Shown here in pieces: positions 13,998-25,150 of a stretch of DNA of 64,000 nt. The translations under genes were made by a program, and so were the position numbers. The notes below the pieces were generated by a model. It had not been told where the DNA came from and made no database searches. It was given only the letters and a program-made list of their open reading frames with translations. Positions within the stretch are counted from its first letter, which is position 1. The number at the start of each line of letters is the position of its first letter. The stretch comes from Monocercomonoides exilis PA203 (taxonomy: Eukaryota; Protista; Preaxostyla), in contig LSRY02000032.1 in the NCBI GenBank assembly GCA_001643675.2, positions 682,001 to 746,000 of the forward strand, given 5' to 3'.

Positions 13998-16900
13998 TTA
14001 GTTTCTACGCTGCGAAGACCTCGTCAATCCGCGAGAAACTGGATATTCATCTGCACCATCGGGTTCAGGAGGAGGGCGAGACCTAAAAATTGAACAATAC
14101 AGAAATGATATTTCAATCATTCATTGATTTTCATTTTGAAATGATTCGTATGAGTATTTTCAAACATTGTTGAATTCAACAATGTTTTTGAGGTATAGAA
14201 AAATTAAACAAAAACAAAAATAAATAAATAAATGCATAAATACATAAGTCAAAATGCATAAAATCTTTTCCAAACCTTGCACTTCCTGGCCTCCCCATTG
14301 TTCCGCTGCCTCCTCCACTGCCTGCACTTCCAATCATCGGGCTTTGCTTTCTCTGTGACTGTCTCGTCATTCCGCCAGCAGACGGCGGTGGTGAATTCAT
14401 TCCGATCCCTCCTCCTCCTCCTCCTCCTCCTCCAACATCTGCTTTTGTTCTCTTTGCTGATTCTGGTCGCATTCTACCAGAATGCCCAGACTGTGTCCGT
14501 GCGCCTTCTCTGCTCCCCATCCTCGCCTCCATCTGCCTTCCTCCTCCTCCTCCTCCTCCTCCTCGATAGTCTCTCCTTCCATCCATCATTGCCTGCGGAT
14601 ACCCTCCGTAACCGTCTCCATCGCCTTCATATTCGTCCCCTTCGTCCTCTCCCATCATCCCTCCTCTTCCATCGCTTCCTCCACCACCACCACCACTTCC
14701 TCCTCCTCCTGAGAAGACATGAGGAAGCGACTCAGCTGGCTCCAGCAGCTCATCGTCCTCCGGCACATTCAGCGTCTCCTCCACCAGCCGCGAAATATGC
14801 TCCTTCGTCTCTATCCCACTGAAGTCCATCTCCTGCGTTGTCTTCCGGTGCATCTCCATCGACGGGCGAATCAGCGGCCGCTCATCTTCTCTCCTTCTCT
14901 GCACATTTGAAGCAACTGCTGCCGGTGCAATTGGAGCAGCATGGCGCAGCGTGGATGCCATTGAAGGTGCACCTGAGCCAGATGCCCCACCTGAAGACGT
15001 GGGCCGTCGGGTGCCTCCCATCGAAGAGCGCGCTTTCCTTTGTGCCCCATCACCTCCAGACGCTGACTGGAATGGCGAGGCGGATGAAGACGGTGGAGGA
15101 GTTGGCGAGCCACCTGGTGGATTGGAGGAAGAAGAGGCTGAGTCTGATGAGTATGCCGCACGCACTGGCATCATCATCTCGTCGAGGGGCATTCGAATGG
15201 CACGCAGCGCGTTTCCTGAGTGCTCGGCGCCTTGGATGTCCCACACCTCGTCCTCCTCGCTCCACATCGCCCGCTCCCGGATCTTCTCCACTTCGTGTGG
15301 CGGGATGAACAGTTGGATGATCGTCTGCGCCAGCTTCAGCTGCGTCTGCAGCTCTGCAATCGAGTCAATCATCATGTTGCGCTCCATCTCAAACTCCGTC
15401 TGCAGCTCCTCGTTTTCGTCTTCCAGGCGTTTGATCTCGTCTTCCGCCTGCTGCTTCAGCTGGTTCATCTCCTCGTCCATCACCTGCACCTGCCGCCTCG
15501 CCTCTTTGTACGACTGCAGAATCTTCTCCAGCTGTTTGTTTTTGTGTGCCACTTCCTCTTCCAACGACTGGTGCTTCCGCCGCAAGTCAATCTCCAGCGT
15601 CTCCTTGTCTGCCAGCAGCCGCTTCCGCTCCTCCTCCAGCTCTCTTTCCTTCGCCTTTTCCATTTCCACCCTCTTCCGCTCTTCCTCTTTCTTCTGCTCC
15701 TCCATCTTCCGCTTCATCTCTTCCATTTGCCTCTTGTGCTTCGCCTGCATGTCCTGCAGATGTGTCCCTCCTTTGATCACTTTCTCCTCCATGTGCTTCA
15801 GCTTCCGCGCTGTTATCTCTCTCTCTGCTCTTTCCTTCGCTGCCTCTTCTTCTCTCCTCCTCAGCTCTTGCTCAATCTTCTTCCGCTCTTCTTCCAGTCG
15901 CTCCTTCTCACTCTCCAATGCACTTTCTTTTTCCTTCGCTTTCTCTTCCATTTCAATCTGCAGCTTCTTGATGATTTCTTCATCAGCCACCACAATTTTC
16001 TCTGTGTTGCGCTCTTCCAGCATCTTCTTCAGCTTCGCTATTTCCTCCTGCATCTTCAGCACCATCGCATCCTGAGCACAGTTCACCACTGGCTTGTTCT
16101 TAATCTGCTTTGCCCTGTTTGCATACCTCAATGTCGAGAATGTCTCTTCATAGTTGTATTCAGCTGGGCCGATGTTTGCAATCATCACTGTTCGGCTGTT
16201 CCCGCCAAGCGAGTCCTGCAGAAGTCGCGTCAGCTTGCTGTTTCTGTAGGGAATGAATTCTGGGTTCTTTCTGGTCAGCTTGTTGATGACCTCTCCCAGT
16301 GTTGACAGCGACTTGTTGATGTTTCCAGCTTCCACAAGCTGCTTGCCTGAAGCATCTGTTTTTGACTGACGCTCAGAACCAGCCAGATCGACAAGATTCA
16401 GCCTGCCCACTTTCACAAGAGGCTTCCCATCAGCATCCAAAATGGCTACATCTGCACATTCTATCGAAATAATGAAAATACCATGCGAACGAGAAGACTC
16501 TTGGTTCATCTTTGTCGCTGCTACTGTTCGTCTTTTTGCTCCACGATCCATCACTTGCTGCATCGATGCGGAATTTTCGCATAGAAGCGCTGTCAAATCT
16601 GGAACATGAATCCCAAGCTCTGGCGATTCGTGAATTTTTAGGTTATCTGATCCTGGTGCTTTCGACAATAAATCCTTTACTTGTTCGTTGTAAATTTCAA
16701 GGTACGAAACTGTAACAAGAAATTTTTTTGTATCGTCTGCTTGATTTATTGCTGCAAAGATATGATCAAATGAACGTGGTGTGACACCTGGTAGTTCGGG
16801 TGTTCCAGCCATTGTAAATGTTTTTCCTGTTCCTGTTTGTCCGTATGCAAATATGCACCCATTAAATCCATTCATCACACCATCCACAATTGCTTTGCAA

Positions 16901-17332
16901 GATTCTTCGTAAATAAGTTTTTGCTCGGTGCTGAGAAAAAAAGAAAAAAGTGCAAAAAATAGCAAATGTCAAAGGTGCAAACTCTGGTGGGTATATATGA
17001 TCAAATGTGAATGTATGAATTGGATCGCCAGAAGTTTTTGAGTTTTCTGGCTTTGTAAGTTTTATCATTCCTGTTCTTCGATTCATTTCAACACAACTTT
17101 AAAATTTTGTGGTTCATCACGAGCACAAATAAGAAAATCAATATCATTTTTATAAAATTGATTGCAAACGATTTATATTTCAAATCAACTTCTTTTGAAC
17201 TTAATGGACGACATCGCACCATAACCTTCAAGATTCATTAAAAAAAATCAATAAATCAAGTGCAAATTACTCAACAAAAAAGAATCTTCAAAATGTTCGT
17301 ACCTGAACATTATCTTGAGAATCAGCTGACAT
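13998..17332 (-). CDS. Kinesin-2 motor subunit (KIF3B/FLA8-like, anterograde IFT)
   Basis: P-loop GQTGTGKT, switch I SSRSH, switch II LVDLAGSER, IPYRNSKLTRLLQDSLGGN and a coiled-coil stalk. The spliced final exon encodes YPVSRGL, matching the KIF3B-type C-terminal motif, then TAA at 13998-14000. ATG at 17332. Confidence 0.85.
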
Positions 17333-18168
17333 GTCCCCTTTTCAAAAAATCGCTTTTAAAACTGAAAAAGATCAGTTATCCACCATTATAAAACAAATGA
17401 GAGTGCTTTTTCGTTGAAAGAAAATATTGAATATGAAATACATACAGAATAAAAAGGTTATCAAAGTTATTAATTTTGATGTATAACGCTTTTTTTAATT
17501 TATTTATGCAATTTGTGCTGTTATTTCAAAATTCGAAGTATTTTCTTTATAAACAATTTATATTTCCGTGAAAAAGTCAGAGATATTGGCGAAAAAAAAT
17601 TATTAGTGTTTCAAAAGCAAAGAATTTACTGTGAAAATTATTTCGAGTTATTTCCTCATTGTTTTTTTAAGCCTGAAGAGAAAATTGAAGATAAAGAAGT
17701 TGAAATCAATTTTCAATTTTCATTTGTAAATGGTGTTTTTCATTTGTTAGATTCAAATATTTCTGAAACATTAAAAATGACAATGATGAAACAAATCGTA
17801 AATATCTGATGACAAAAATTTAATTTATCAGGTTGTAGAATATCAAACAGTTGATATCAATTGTTTGTTGGAATCAAAGTTACCTTTTTTCTTTTTTTAA
17901 ATAACAATAACCTTTTAAAATTACAATAAAGAATTTTTTTAATTTCTGAGATCTTCTTTGAACTATTAAATGTGTGAAAAAAATTGCACATTTTTGTGAA
18001 ATTTTCGTTTTATCACAAAAATTTTAAAAGAAAAGAAAAATGATATCGAAAGAGATTCTCAATTTAAAAAATGATTGGATGATTATAATTGAAACTAGCC
18101 CTGGGTGACGTGGTGACTTCTGACGTGACCTTTTCGATTTTTGACGGACGTGACAGATTTTTCCCCGT

Positions 18169-18171
<3 letters not shown>

Positions 18172-18236
<65 letters not shown>
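18172..18236 (+). repeat. Poly(A) tract, 65 nt
   Basis: Uninterrupted A run just inside the left end of the hAT-like element. Confidence 0.95.
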
Positions 18237-18238
<2 letters not shown>

Positions 18239-18272
18239 TAATTATTAATAAAAATTACCATTATTCAATTTT

Positions 18273-20654
18273 GGCATAGGTCTAAATTGTACCAGTAGTG
18301 AATTTGACATTTTTTTAAAAAATTTCGTTTTATTATTGATTATTATAATTATTTAACACTATATTATCGAAAAAATTTCAAAAATTTTAGCTTCAATAAT
18401 AAAACAAAAAAATTTGATCAAACCTATAATAATATTTGTTTCTTTTTCATTTCGTATTTTATGAACGTATATGAGCTTTGTATTGATTATTTTCTGCATT
18501 CATTGTTTTGTTGTTTTTTCAACATTTCAGTTTCTTTAAAAAAAAAAAGAACAAATCAGAGTATAGAAGAATAATTTTTATAAATACAAAATGCAAACAC
18601 TAAAAAGAAATGCATTGAAAACGACGTGAAATATCACAAAGGTTTTAATTAAGTTTTCATTTGTATGTAGTATATTTTATCCATAAGAATTCAAAATCAT
18701 TCCGTCAAACGAAATTGAGATCCAATTCTAACTTGGATTGTTGTATCCTCCAACACAACCTTTATTCCCCCTCCATTCCAGTTCGCACATTCACACGCTT
18801 TTATTATTGTATTCCACACCGCAAATGCCTCTCCTCCATTCACGCTTTTTGTCATCACCACTCCATCTCCTCCTGTCCGATTCACATTCCGAATTGTTAA
18901 ATTCCCCAGCAAACTCTCTCCTGATGACGATTCGGCTGATGATGGATCTGCAAATAGTGGTTGGCTAATTTTCATGTTTTCAATCTCCACATCAATCATT
19001 GCCAGCTGCCTCAGTGCCGCTTCAAACACAGATTACGAGATTCCATTCCCACCTGATGTTGAAGAGTCGATCACCACATCCTCCAGCGAAAGAGCCCCGC
19101 TCCTCAGTGACACCACAAACACACTCGGCGATGAGCTTCTTGTCGCGTTGTGGTCGATCCCCACATGCCCCACCTCCAGTTGACCAGTAGATACGCTGAA
19201 CAACGATGCCGAAGAGGTAGAAAGCGCACTTGTCCCAACCACACTCACTGCTTTCCCTTTCCCTGTTATTATTATCTTCTTTTCCCCAACACTGATTGTT
19301 GCTGCTTCGCTCACATGTCTTCCACTCAGCAATGTGATTGTCGAGCTCAGCCACAATATGCTCTCCCTCACTGCATGCTCCATTGTCTAACAAGGTGTTG
19401 ACTCACTCATTCCACACAGATTGATCGAGTCATCCCCACTCACCCCAACATAAATCGTTTTGTCCATTAGCCAATCCTTCTTTTCTGTATGCTGTTCGTT
19501 CCAACTGCCTAATTTTATACACGCATAACATAATCTCCTATCATTTGTATTCGTTGTGTACGATTCAAAGAACGGATTGTTCGACGAAAAGAGATACTTA
19601 TTATCCAGAAAATACACATCCTGACCATATGGAATGGAATTACTGCAACTGCAATCGTGGAAAAAGAGAAAACAGCAATGAAAGTTATCTGGAGCTTTTG
19701 ATTGAAATGGATTAAAAAAGAATCCTCCACCTTTTGATGTTGCGTTGCACGAAATAAACTGGATATTTCTCATTTTGAACTCAGCTGGAACACTTTGGCA
19801 ATACATCCCTCCGCCACTTGAACCTGAAAGTGAGCACGAAGTGAATAGACACTCAAACACGCAAGCACTCTCTCCGTTACCATTTTCTGTTCCAATGCAG
19901 ATAGGTCCAGAAACTTGAAAAGATCCAAAATAAAGCCCTCCTCCAGCACTATTTGCTTTGCAATTCTTGAATTCGCAACCACTGATCCTGACACATGATG
20001 AAACAGACCTGGCATACATCCCTCCTCCGTAATCTGTTTGGGCAGTGCATGAGTCGAATGTGTTATTTGCAATGTCAACTGATGAAATATTGAAGCAATT
20101 AATTCCTCCTCCAGGATAATATGCATTACATCCATCAAACACATAATGAGAAACAGACACAAAGGCAGACGATTAACTGTTCATGCAAATTGCTCCACGA
20201 TTCGATATCCCATCAGCAAACGAGTCACTTTCTCCTATTGTCTTCGATCTGCTCCATTCACACCTAGCAAATGAATTTTCTTAACAAAGAAATCTTCTCC
20301 CTTTTAAAAGCTTCTAATTATCAAATACGCATTATTCTTCGAACATAATTTGATCACAACTTATAAGAAGCAAGTTGATGGAAATAAATTAATGAGGCAT
20401 GAAGAAATTTATTTTATGTCCACAAAAAATTGGTTATTAACAAATTAATTGTCACAATACGTTCATAAAATACGAAATGAAAAAGAAACAAATATTATTA
20501 TGGGTTTGATCAAATTTTTTTGTTTTATTATTGAAGCTAAAATTTTTGAAATTTTTTCGATAATATAGTGTTAAATAATTATAATAATCAATAATAAAAC
20601 GAAATTTTTTAAAAAAATGTTAAATTCACTACTGGTACAATTTAGACCTATGCC
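18273..20654. mobile_element. Nested non-autonomous long-TIR element carrying a host gene fragment (Pack-type; Merlin- or Mutator-like)
   Basis: 198-bp TIRs at 18273-18470 and 20457-20654 with about 2 mismatches, starting GGCATAGGTC. 8-bp TSD TCAATTTT at 18265-18272 and 20655-20662. Confidence 0.9.
18697..20280 (-). pseudogene. Truncated pseudogene fragment of the pectin-lyase-fold (GGG[AM]Y repeat) surface-protein family
   Basis: One reading frame runs NSFARCEW...GGGINC...GGGMYA...GGGLYF...GGGMYC...KKDWL...TPC*T. It has three in-frame stops, no start or leader, and is collinear with the paralog at ~62650-64000. Confidence 0.85.
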
Positions 20655-21629
20655 TCAATTTTCACTGACGCAAAAGCGGAAATCGGAATTTCGAGACGTC
20701 AATGACTTCAGTGACTTTTGACGTCACATGCGGTCATTAAATAAATGAAGCATAAAAAGGAGCAGACGATCAAAACAAACTAGCTAAATTTCTTATTTGA
20801 TAGCTTTAATTATTTTCAATTCACACAACCATTACAATTTCAATTAATATTGGTAATTCTCTTATTTTTTATGAAAGAACTGAATACAAATCTCAAAATG
20901 ATGCTGAAGAATGCTCATTGATTGATTAAAAAATAGATGATTGTTCAAAGTTGTGAATTCGACTCTTTTGTTGTTGAATAGTTCTTTGTTTGATCAACTC
21001 ATCAAACTTTTCGCTTCGTGTGATACGACAATTTTCATCGGAAAAAGATGAAACTTATTAATATCAAAAACCATCTTTCTACAATTTTTTGCACTCATTC
21101 GGAACCGTATGTGACGTTACAGAAAAAAATTACTTTTTTAATACCAAGAACACCAATAAGATTCACAATTGCTTTTATGAAGAGAATAAAATTTTTGTTT
21201 GTGGGCACAGCAGGCGAAGGTTTTCAATCAGGGTGTGTTGAAATTGCTGTTGAATAAGTTGAGCCATCAGGAGAATATTAATAATGAAAGGAATAATACA
21301 AAATAGAACAAATTGAAGAAGATGAACGAAACAATTCATTTTAGGAAAACAACTTTGAAGAGTCAATGAAAATAAGAAAGTTATTCATTCATAAAGAGCA
21401 TTTTCAACTTTGTATTATTATCACCGTTTTCCTTTTTTTTTAAAATAATGAAAAACAGTCGCTTTAAAAGAAGAAAATGATTGTTTTCTTTTTTTACGAA
21501 ATAATGAAAATGGAATAATATCATTTTTAAGTAATTAGACTCAAAGCATTTACTCAATAATTCACAAAATAATCATAGAATTTCAAAATCAAAAAACAAT
21601 TATTCTTTCTGAAAAGAAAATCAAGAAGA

Positions 21630-22850
21630 ATATGAAAGCATGAGATGATATCTTCATATCCTTCTTCTACCATCTTTTCAAGCACTTCGCTTTTCTTTGT
21701 CTTTTTTCACTTCTTCGTCAGCTTTTTTCAATTTTCTTGAAATATTCAGTCAGAAATTCAAATAACTTCAAACAAGTTTCATCTTTCATAATTAATTGAT
21801 TCGTTTCCTCCGAAAATAGATTAATAGTGCCTTCATTTGCAAAAGTATCAATTTTCACATATCAATTTTTTGCTGCTACTCTGATTAAAAAAATGAATCG
21901 TTATCTTATTCCTTTGTAATTATCCTTCGCTGCTCGAAAGACATTCACAATGCTGCTGATGAGTCCAGCAAGTTCTTCGTTCCACAATTTGCAAAAGAGA
22001 AAATGCAGCTCCAACGTTAGGAGCTATTTAAATAAAACTAGTTTTTCTTTCACTTCTTTTCCTCCATTTTTCTCTTATTTTTCTCTCCTCCAATATGCTT
22101 TTCCATCAACTCTATCAATTTTTTGCTTCCTCTATTGTGAAATGTGATTCATTCACAATCCTCCTTCAAGGCTTTGATCAATACAAAATCCTTCAAACAA
22201 AATCCGCCAAGAAGACTGATGCTCAAGCCATGTCAGATTATGATGTTGCTAGTGATATCTGACGATTTCTTTGATTTCATCCAGGAAAACTTCTTTTTCA
22301 ATTTTCTTTTGAAAAAATACAAGAAAAATACAAAATCATAAAAAAGAAGGAGAAAATGAACAATCATTATATCCATTATTGCAATTCAAAGCAAATAAAA
22401 CCATTTTTTACTTCTTTGAATGGTTCTTCGCTTTCATCATTGTTCAAAGCTGTTTTCAAAAGTCAAGACACACGTATCGAAAGCAATTCCTGGCAGATAT
22501 TTTCATAACTGTGAAGCATTATGAAGCATTTGCATAGGCCAAATAGCTATCTTTCATTCTTTTCTTCTTTTTTCTCATTTTCATCAATAATTGTCTTCTC
22601 AAATCTTTTTAACATAACGAAGATTCATAAAAAGAAAGCTGTTAAAGTGAATATAATAATTTAATTATATCCAACACACTTCAACAGCAAAATTGCATTT
22701 TCCATCGTAACTTTCTTTTCTCCTATCATATCATCAATTCCATCTCCATTTCTCTCTTGAAAATTGATCCAAATTATTCTTCATTCATTTTCTCGATTTT
22801 CTGTTTTTGATCTTTATCTTCGCACTGTTCCACTTTAGCCACCAATTCTT
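21630..22850 (-). pseudogene. Decayed copy of an expanded helical/ARM-like lineage-specific gene family
   Basis: Minus-strand translation gives EQCEDKDQKQKIEKMNEE*...EKKVTMENAILLLKCVGY...ELLSIRVS*LLKTALNNDESEE...KMVEEGYEDIISCF, with many stops and frameshifts. Confidence 0.6.
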
Positions 22851-23244
22851 TGATGAAAAAAATAGATAAAAATTGAAATTTAAAAATTAAACACAATATT
22901 ATCTGCAAACCAACATGTTTGCAACAGATGTTCTTCCCTCATTTCTTTGAAAATGCATTGTATTCAGAAAACAATGTTGTTTTCATATAAATATTGGATA
23001 AGCATATGCTTAAGCACAACTATTCCAGGCGAAAGAATAACTATAAAAAGCAACAAAAAGTCTGCACTCAAGCCATCATCTTATGCACATGAATTTCTTA
23101 TTTGATTTTGATACAAAGAAAGCTTTATTTTCTAATTATATAAAAATGGGATTTTTGATATAAAATATCTTTAATGTTTTTCAAAAAAAATTATCAGAAT
23201 TCAGCAAAAAATAAATAGGCAAATTATTAAAACAACAACCAATG

Positions 23245-23245
<1 letters not shown>

Positions 23246-23281
<36 letters not shown>

Positions 23282-23358
23282 GAAGTGGAAAAGTGGTGAC
23301 GGACGTGACGAATTTTTAACCTCACGTCACCCAGGGCTAATTGAAACAAAACATTTAC

Positions 23359-23398
<40 letters not shown>
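23246..23398. repeat. Poly(T)35 (23246-23280) and poly(A)35 (23364-23398) tracts bracketing the right hAT-like end
   Basis: Homopolymer runs read directly from the sequence. Confidence 0.9.
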
Positions 23399-23400
<2 letters not shown>

Positions 23401-23661
23401 TTATGCATTATTATTATTATAGAACATTAAAAAGTGGTGACACCGTCTGCTTGAAAGAATTGCATTAAATGTGTATCATTTGAGTTTTTGAAACATTTGG
23501 AGTTCAAAAAATATGGAAATGATAATTTCCAAGCAATTTCCAAAAGAAAATAAAGCATTCAAAGTGAAAAAATGTTATGATTTCAAAAATAATGATCCAA
23601 ATTTAATCGCTTTATTCAGTTCATTTTTTTGAAACATTGATTTTGATTATTCGAAACAAAG

Positions 23662-24063
23662 ATACAGATATCGCATAAAATACCAGACTTCGCACAAAAT
23701 TTCCGGAAAGATCGATTTCACAATTACAGCAAGAAGAAAAATTCTGACAATTTTCCTCAAAATATATCTCATCAATACAAACTTATTTGCAATGCAAAAC
23801 AATCAAAATAGCTTCATTTGTGCTAAGAGAGAATTATTTTTAAAATCTCGGAGAAACTCAAATCCAATTTTTCAGAGAATAAAATAATAATTTTTTTTTG
23901 AGCATAAACGAGGAAGTTTTGAAAGTCTCGTTTACAAAATGAGTTTGTATCATTGAGATATATTTTGAGGAAAATAATCAGCATTATTCCTCTTGCAGTT
24001 ATTGTGAAATTGATCTTGTCCGGAATTTTGTGCGATGTCCTGTATTTTTTGCGGTATCTGTAT
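23662..24063. repeat. Degenerate ~125-bp inverted repeat pair (foldback/MITE-like relic)
   Basis: The arm at 23662-23788 (ATACAGATATCGCATAAAATAC...TTTTCCTCAAAATATATCTC...ATACAAACT) is a diverged reverse complement of the arm at ~23938-24063. Confidence 0.7.
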
Positions 24064-25150
24064 TATTTGCTAATAAATGGGTGATTATTTTAGAAATCAT
24101 ATTTCTTCATTCAAAATTTTTGGTACAAAAGCATTTCTTGAATATTAATTAAAAATAATTTGAAAAGTGAAAAGGCTTATTGAACACATTTTAATCTTCA
24201 ATTCGTTAAAAAACATTTGTTTCAAAAAACAATTATCATTATTTTTCTCTTTTGAATTAAAATTTTCTTTCAAAAAACCAACAATCATTGAAAAGTCAAC
24301 ACCCCGAAAAAAGATATGATATCAAAAATAATCACACAAATTTTTTTCGAAATTCTTCACCCGCTATCTCAAAATTTTTATCATTCATATTCTTTGTATT
24401 ATTCGGTTTGATCATATTGGAATATATCCCGAATAATATTATTTGTTGATGCAATAATATTTTCATCAAAAAATTTATTAAGAAAAAGATTTCTTCAATA
24501 TCAACAAAAATAAATTCCCTATGGATATAAATTTAATAATTTGATTGTTTTTGTTTGTAAAATAATCAATTTCAATTTGTTTATTAAAAAACAATTCATG
24601 GATATATTTATTATGATAGAACTTTCACATTGTTGTTCAGTGATAACAACTGAATTACATTCTCGAAAATTACAAGACGACTGTTTCTTCAGAAAATTCA
24701 TCCACAAACTCATAAATAAACACTCATTATTCTTTCGAAATATATGAATTTATTTTTATTCATTTTTTTTTATTATTTGATGACAACTTAATTAAAAAGG
24801 ATCTGAGTTTCGTTCTTTTTTTGGAATTGATATTTTTCTTCACGCTTAACATAACAAATAAATAAATGACAAATGAATTTTTCAAAAAATTCAAAGTTAT
24901 AGAATCGTTAGGATTTTAACTATATTTCAAACTTTTTTTGCAAGAAAAAAAGAATGAAATTGATAATTCTTTCAAAAAAATGAAAAACGCATCGAAAAAA
25001 TACAAACTTGAAAATTGAATTAGTTCAATTATTCATGAAATAATCAATAAAATACAATGAATAAAGTTCAATTTCAAAAAACGAAATAAATCAGAATTTT
25101 AGAAATCAAAATTTCTATTATACGACAAATGGTTTAGACAGATCCAAATT

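Larger units (their letters stand above)
18096..23339. mobile_element. Non-autonomous hAT-like DNA transposon (5.2 kb including a nested insertion)
   Basis: 17-bp perfect TIRs TAGCCCTGGGTGACGTG (18096-18112) and CACGTCACCCAGGGCTA (23323-23339). 8-bp TSD ATTGAAAC at 18088-18095 and 23340-23347. Subterminal TGAC/TGACGT repeats. No transposase ORF seen. Confidence 0.85.

Noticed and set aside
14277-16305. Long antisense or alternate-frame ORFs over kinesin, and similar ones over the PKS and CXC genes
   Set aside because: These are shadow ORFs from biased codon usage and low-complexity coding, with no recognisable motifs.
17513-17809. 98-aa ORF upstream of kinesin
   Set aside because: Non-ATG start, AT-rich and without a motif; at most a decayed remnant.
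18172-18236. Poly(A) tract as a retroelement tail
   Set aside because: It lies inside TIR/TSD-defined DNA-transposon ends, is mirrored by poly(T) at the other end, and no RT or separate TSD is seen.
18697-20280. All three in-frame stops in the captured fragment are TAA/TAG, hinting at a TAR=Gln code as in some oxymonads
   Set aside because: Conserved genes here end at TAA/TAG (UTP4, kinesin-2, REX4), and the long ORFs contain no internal TAR. One stop replaces the Lys of PCKT seen in the paralog. Nonsense mutation is the simpler explanation.
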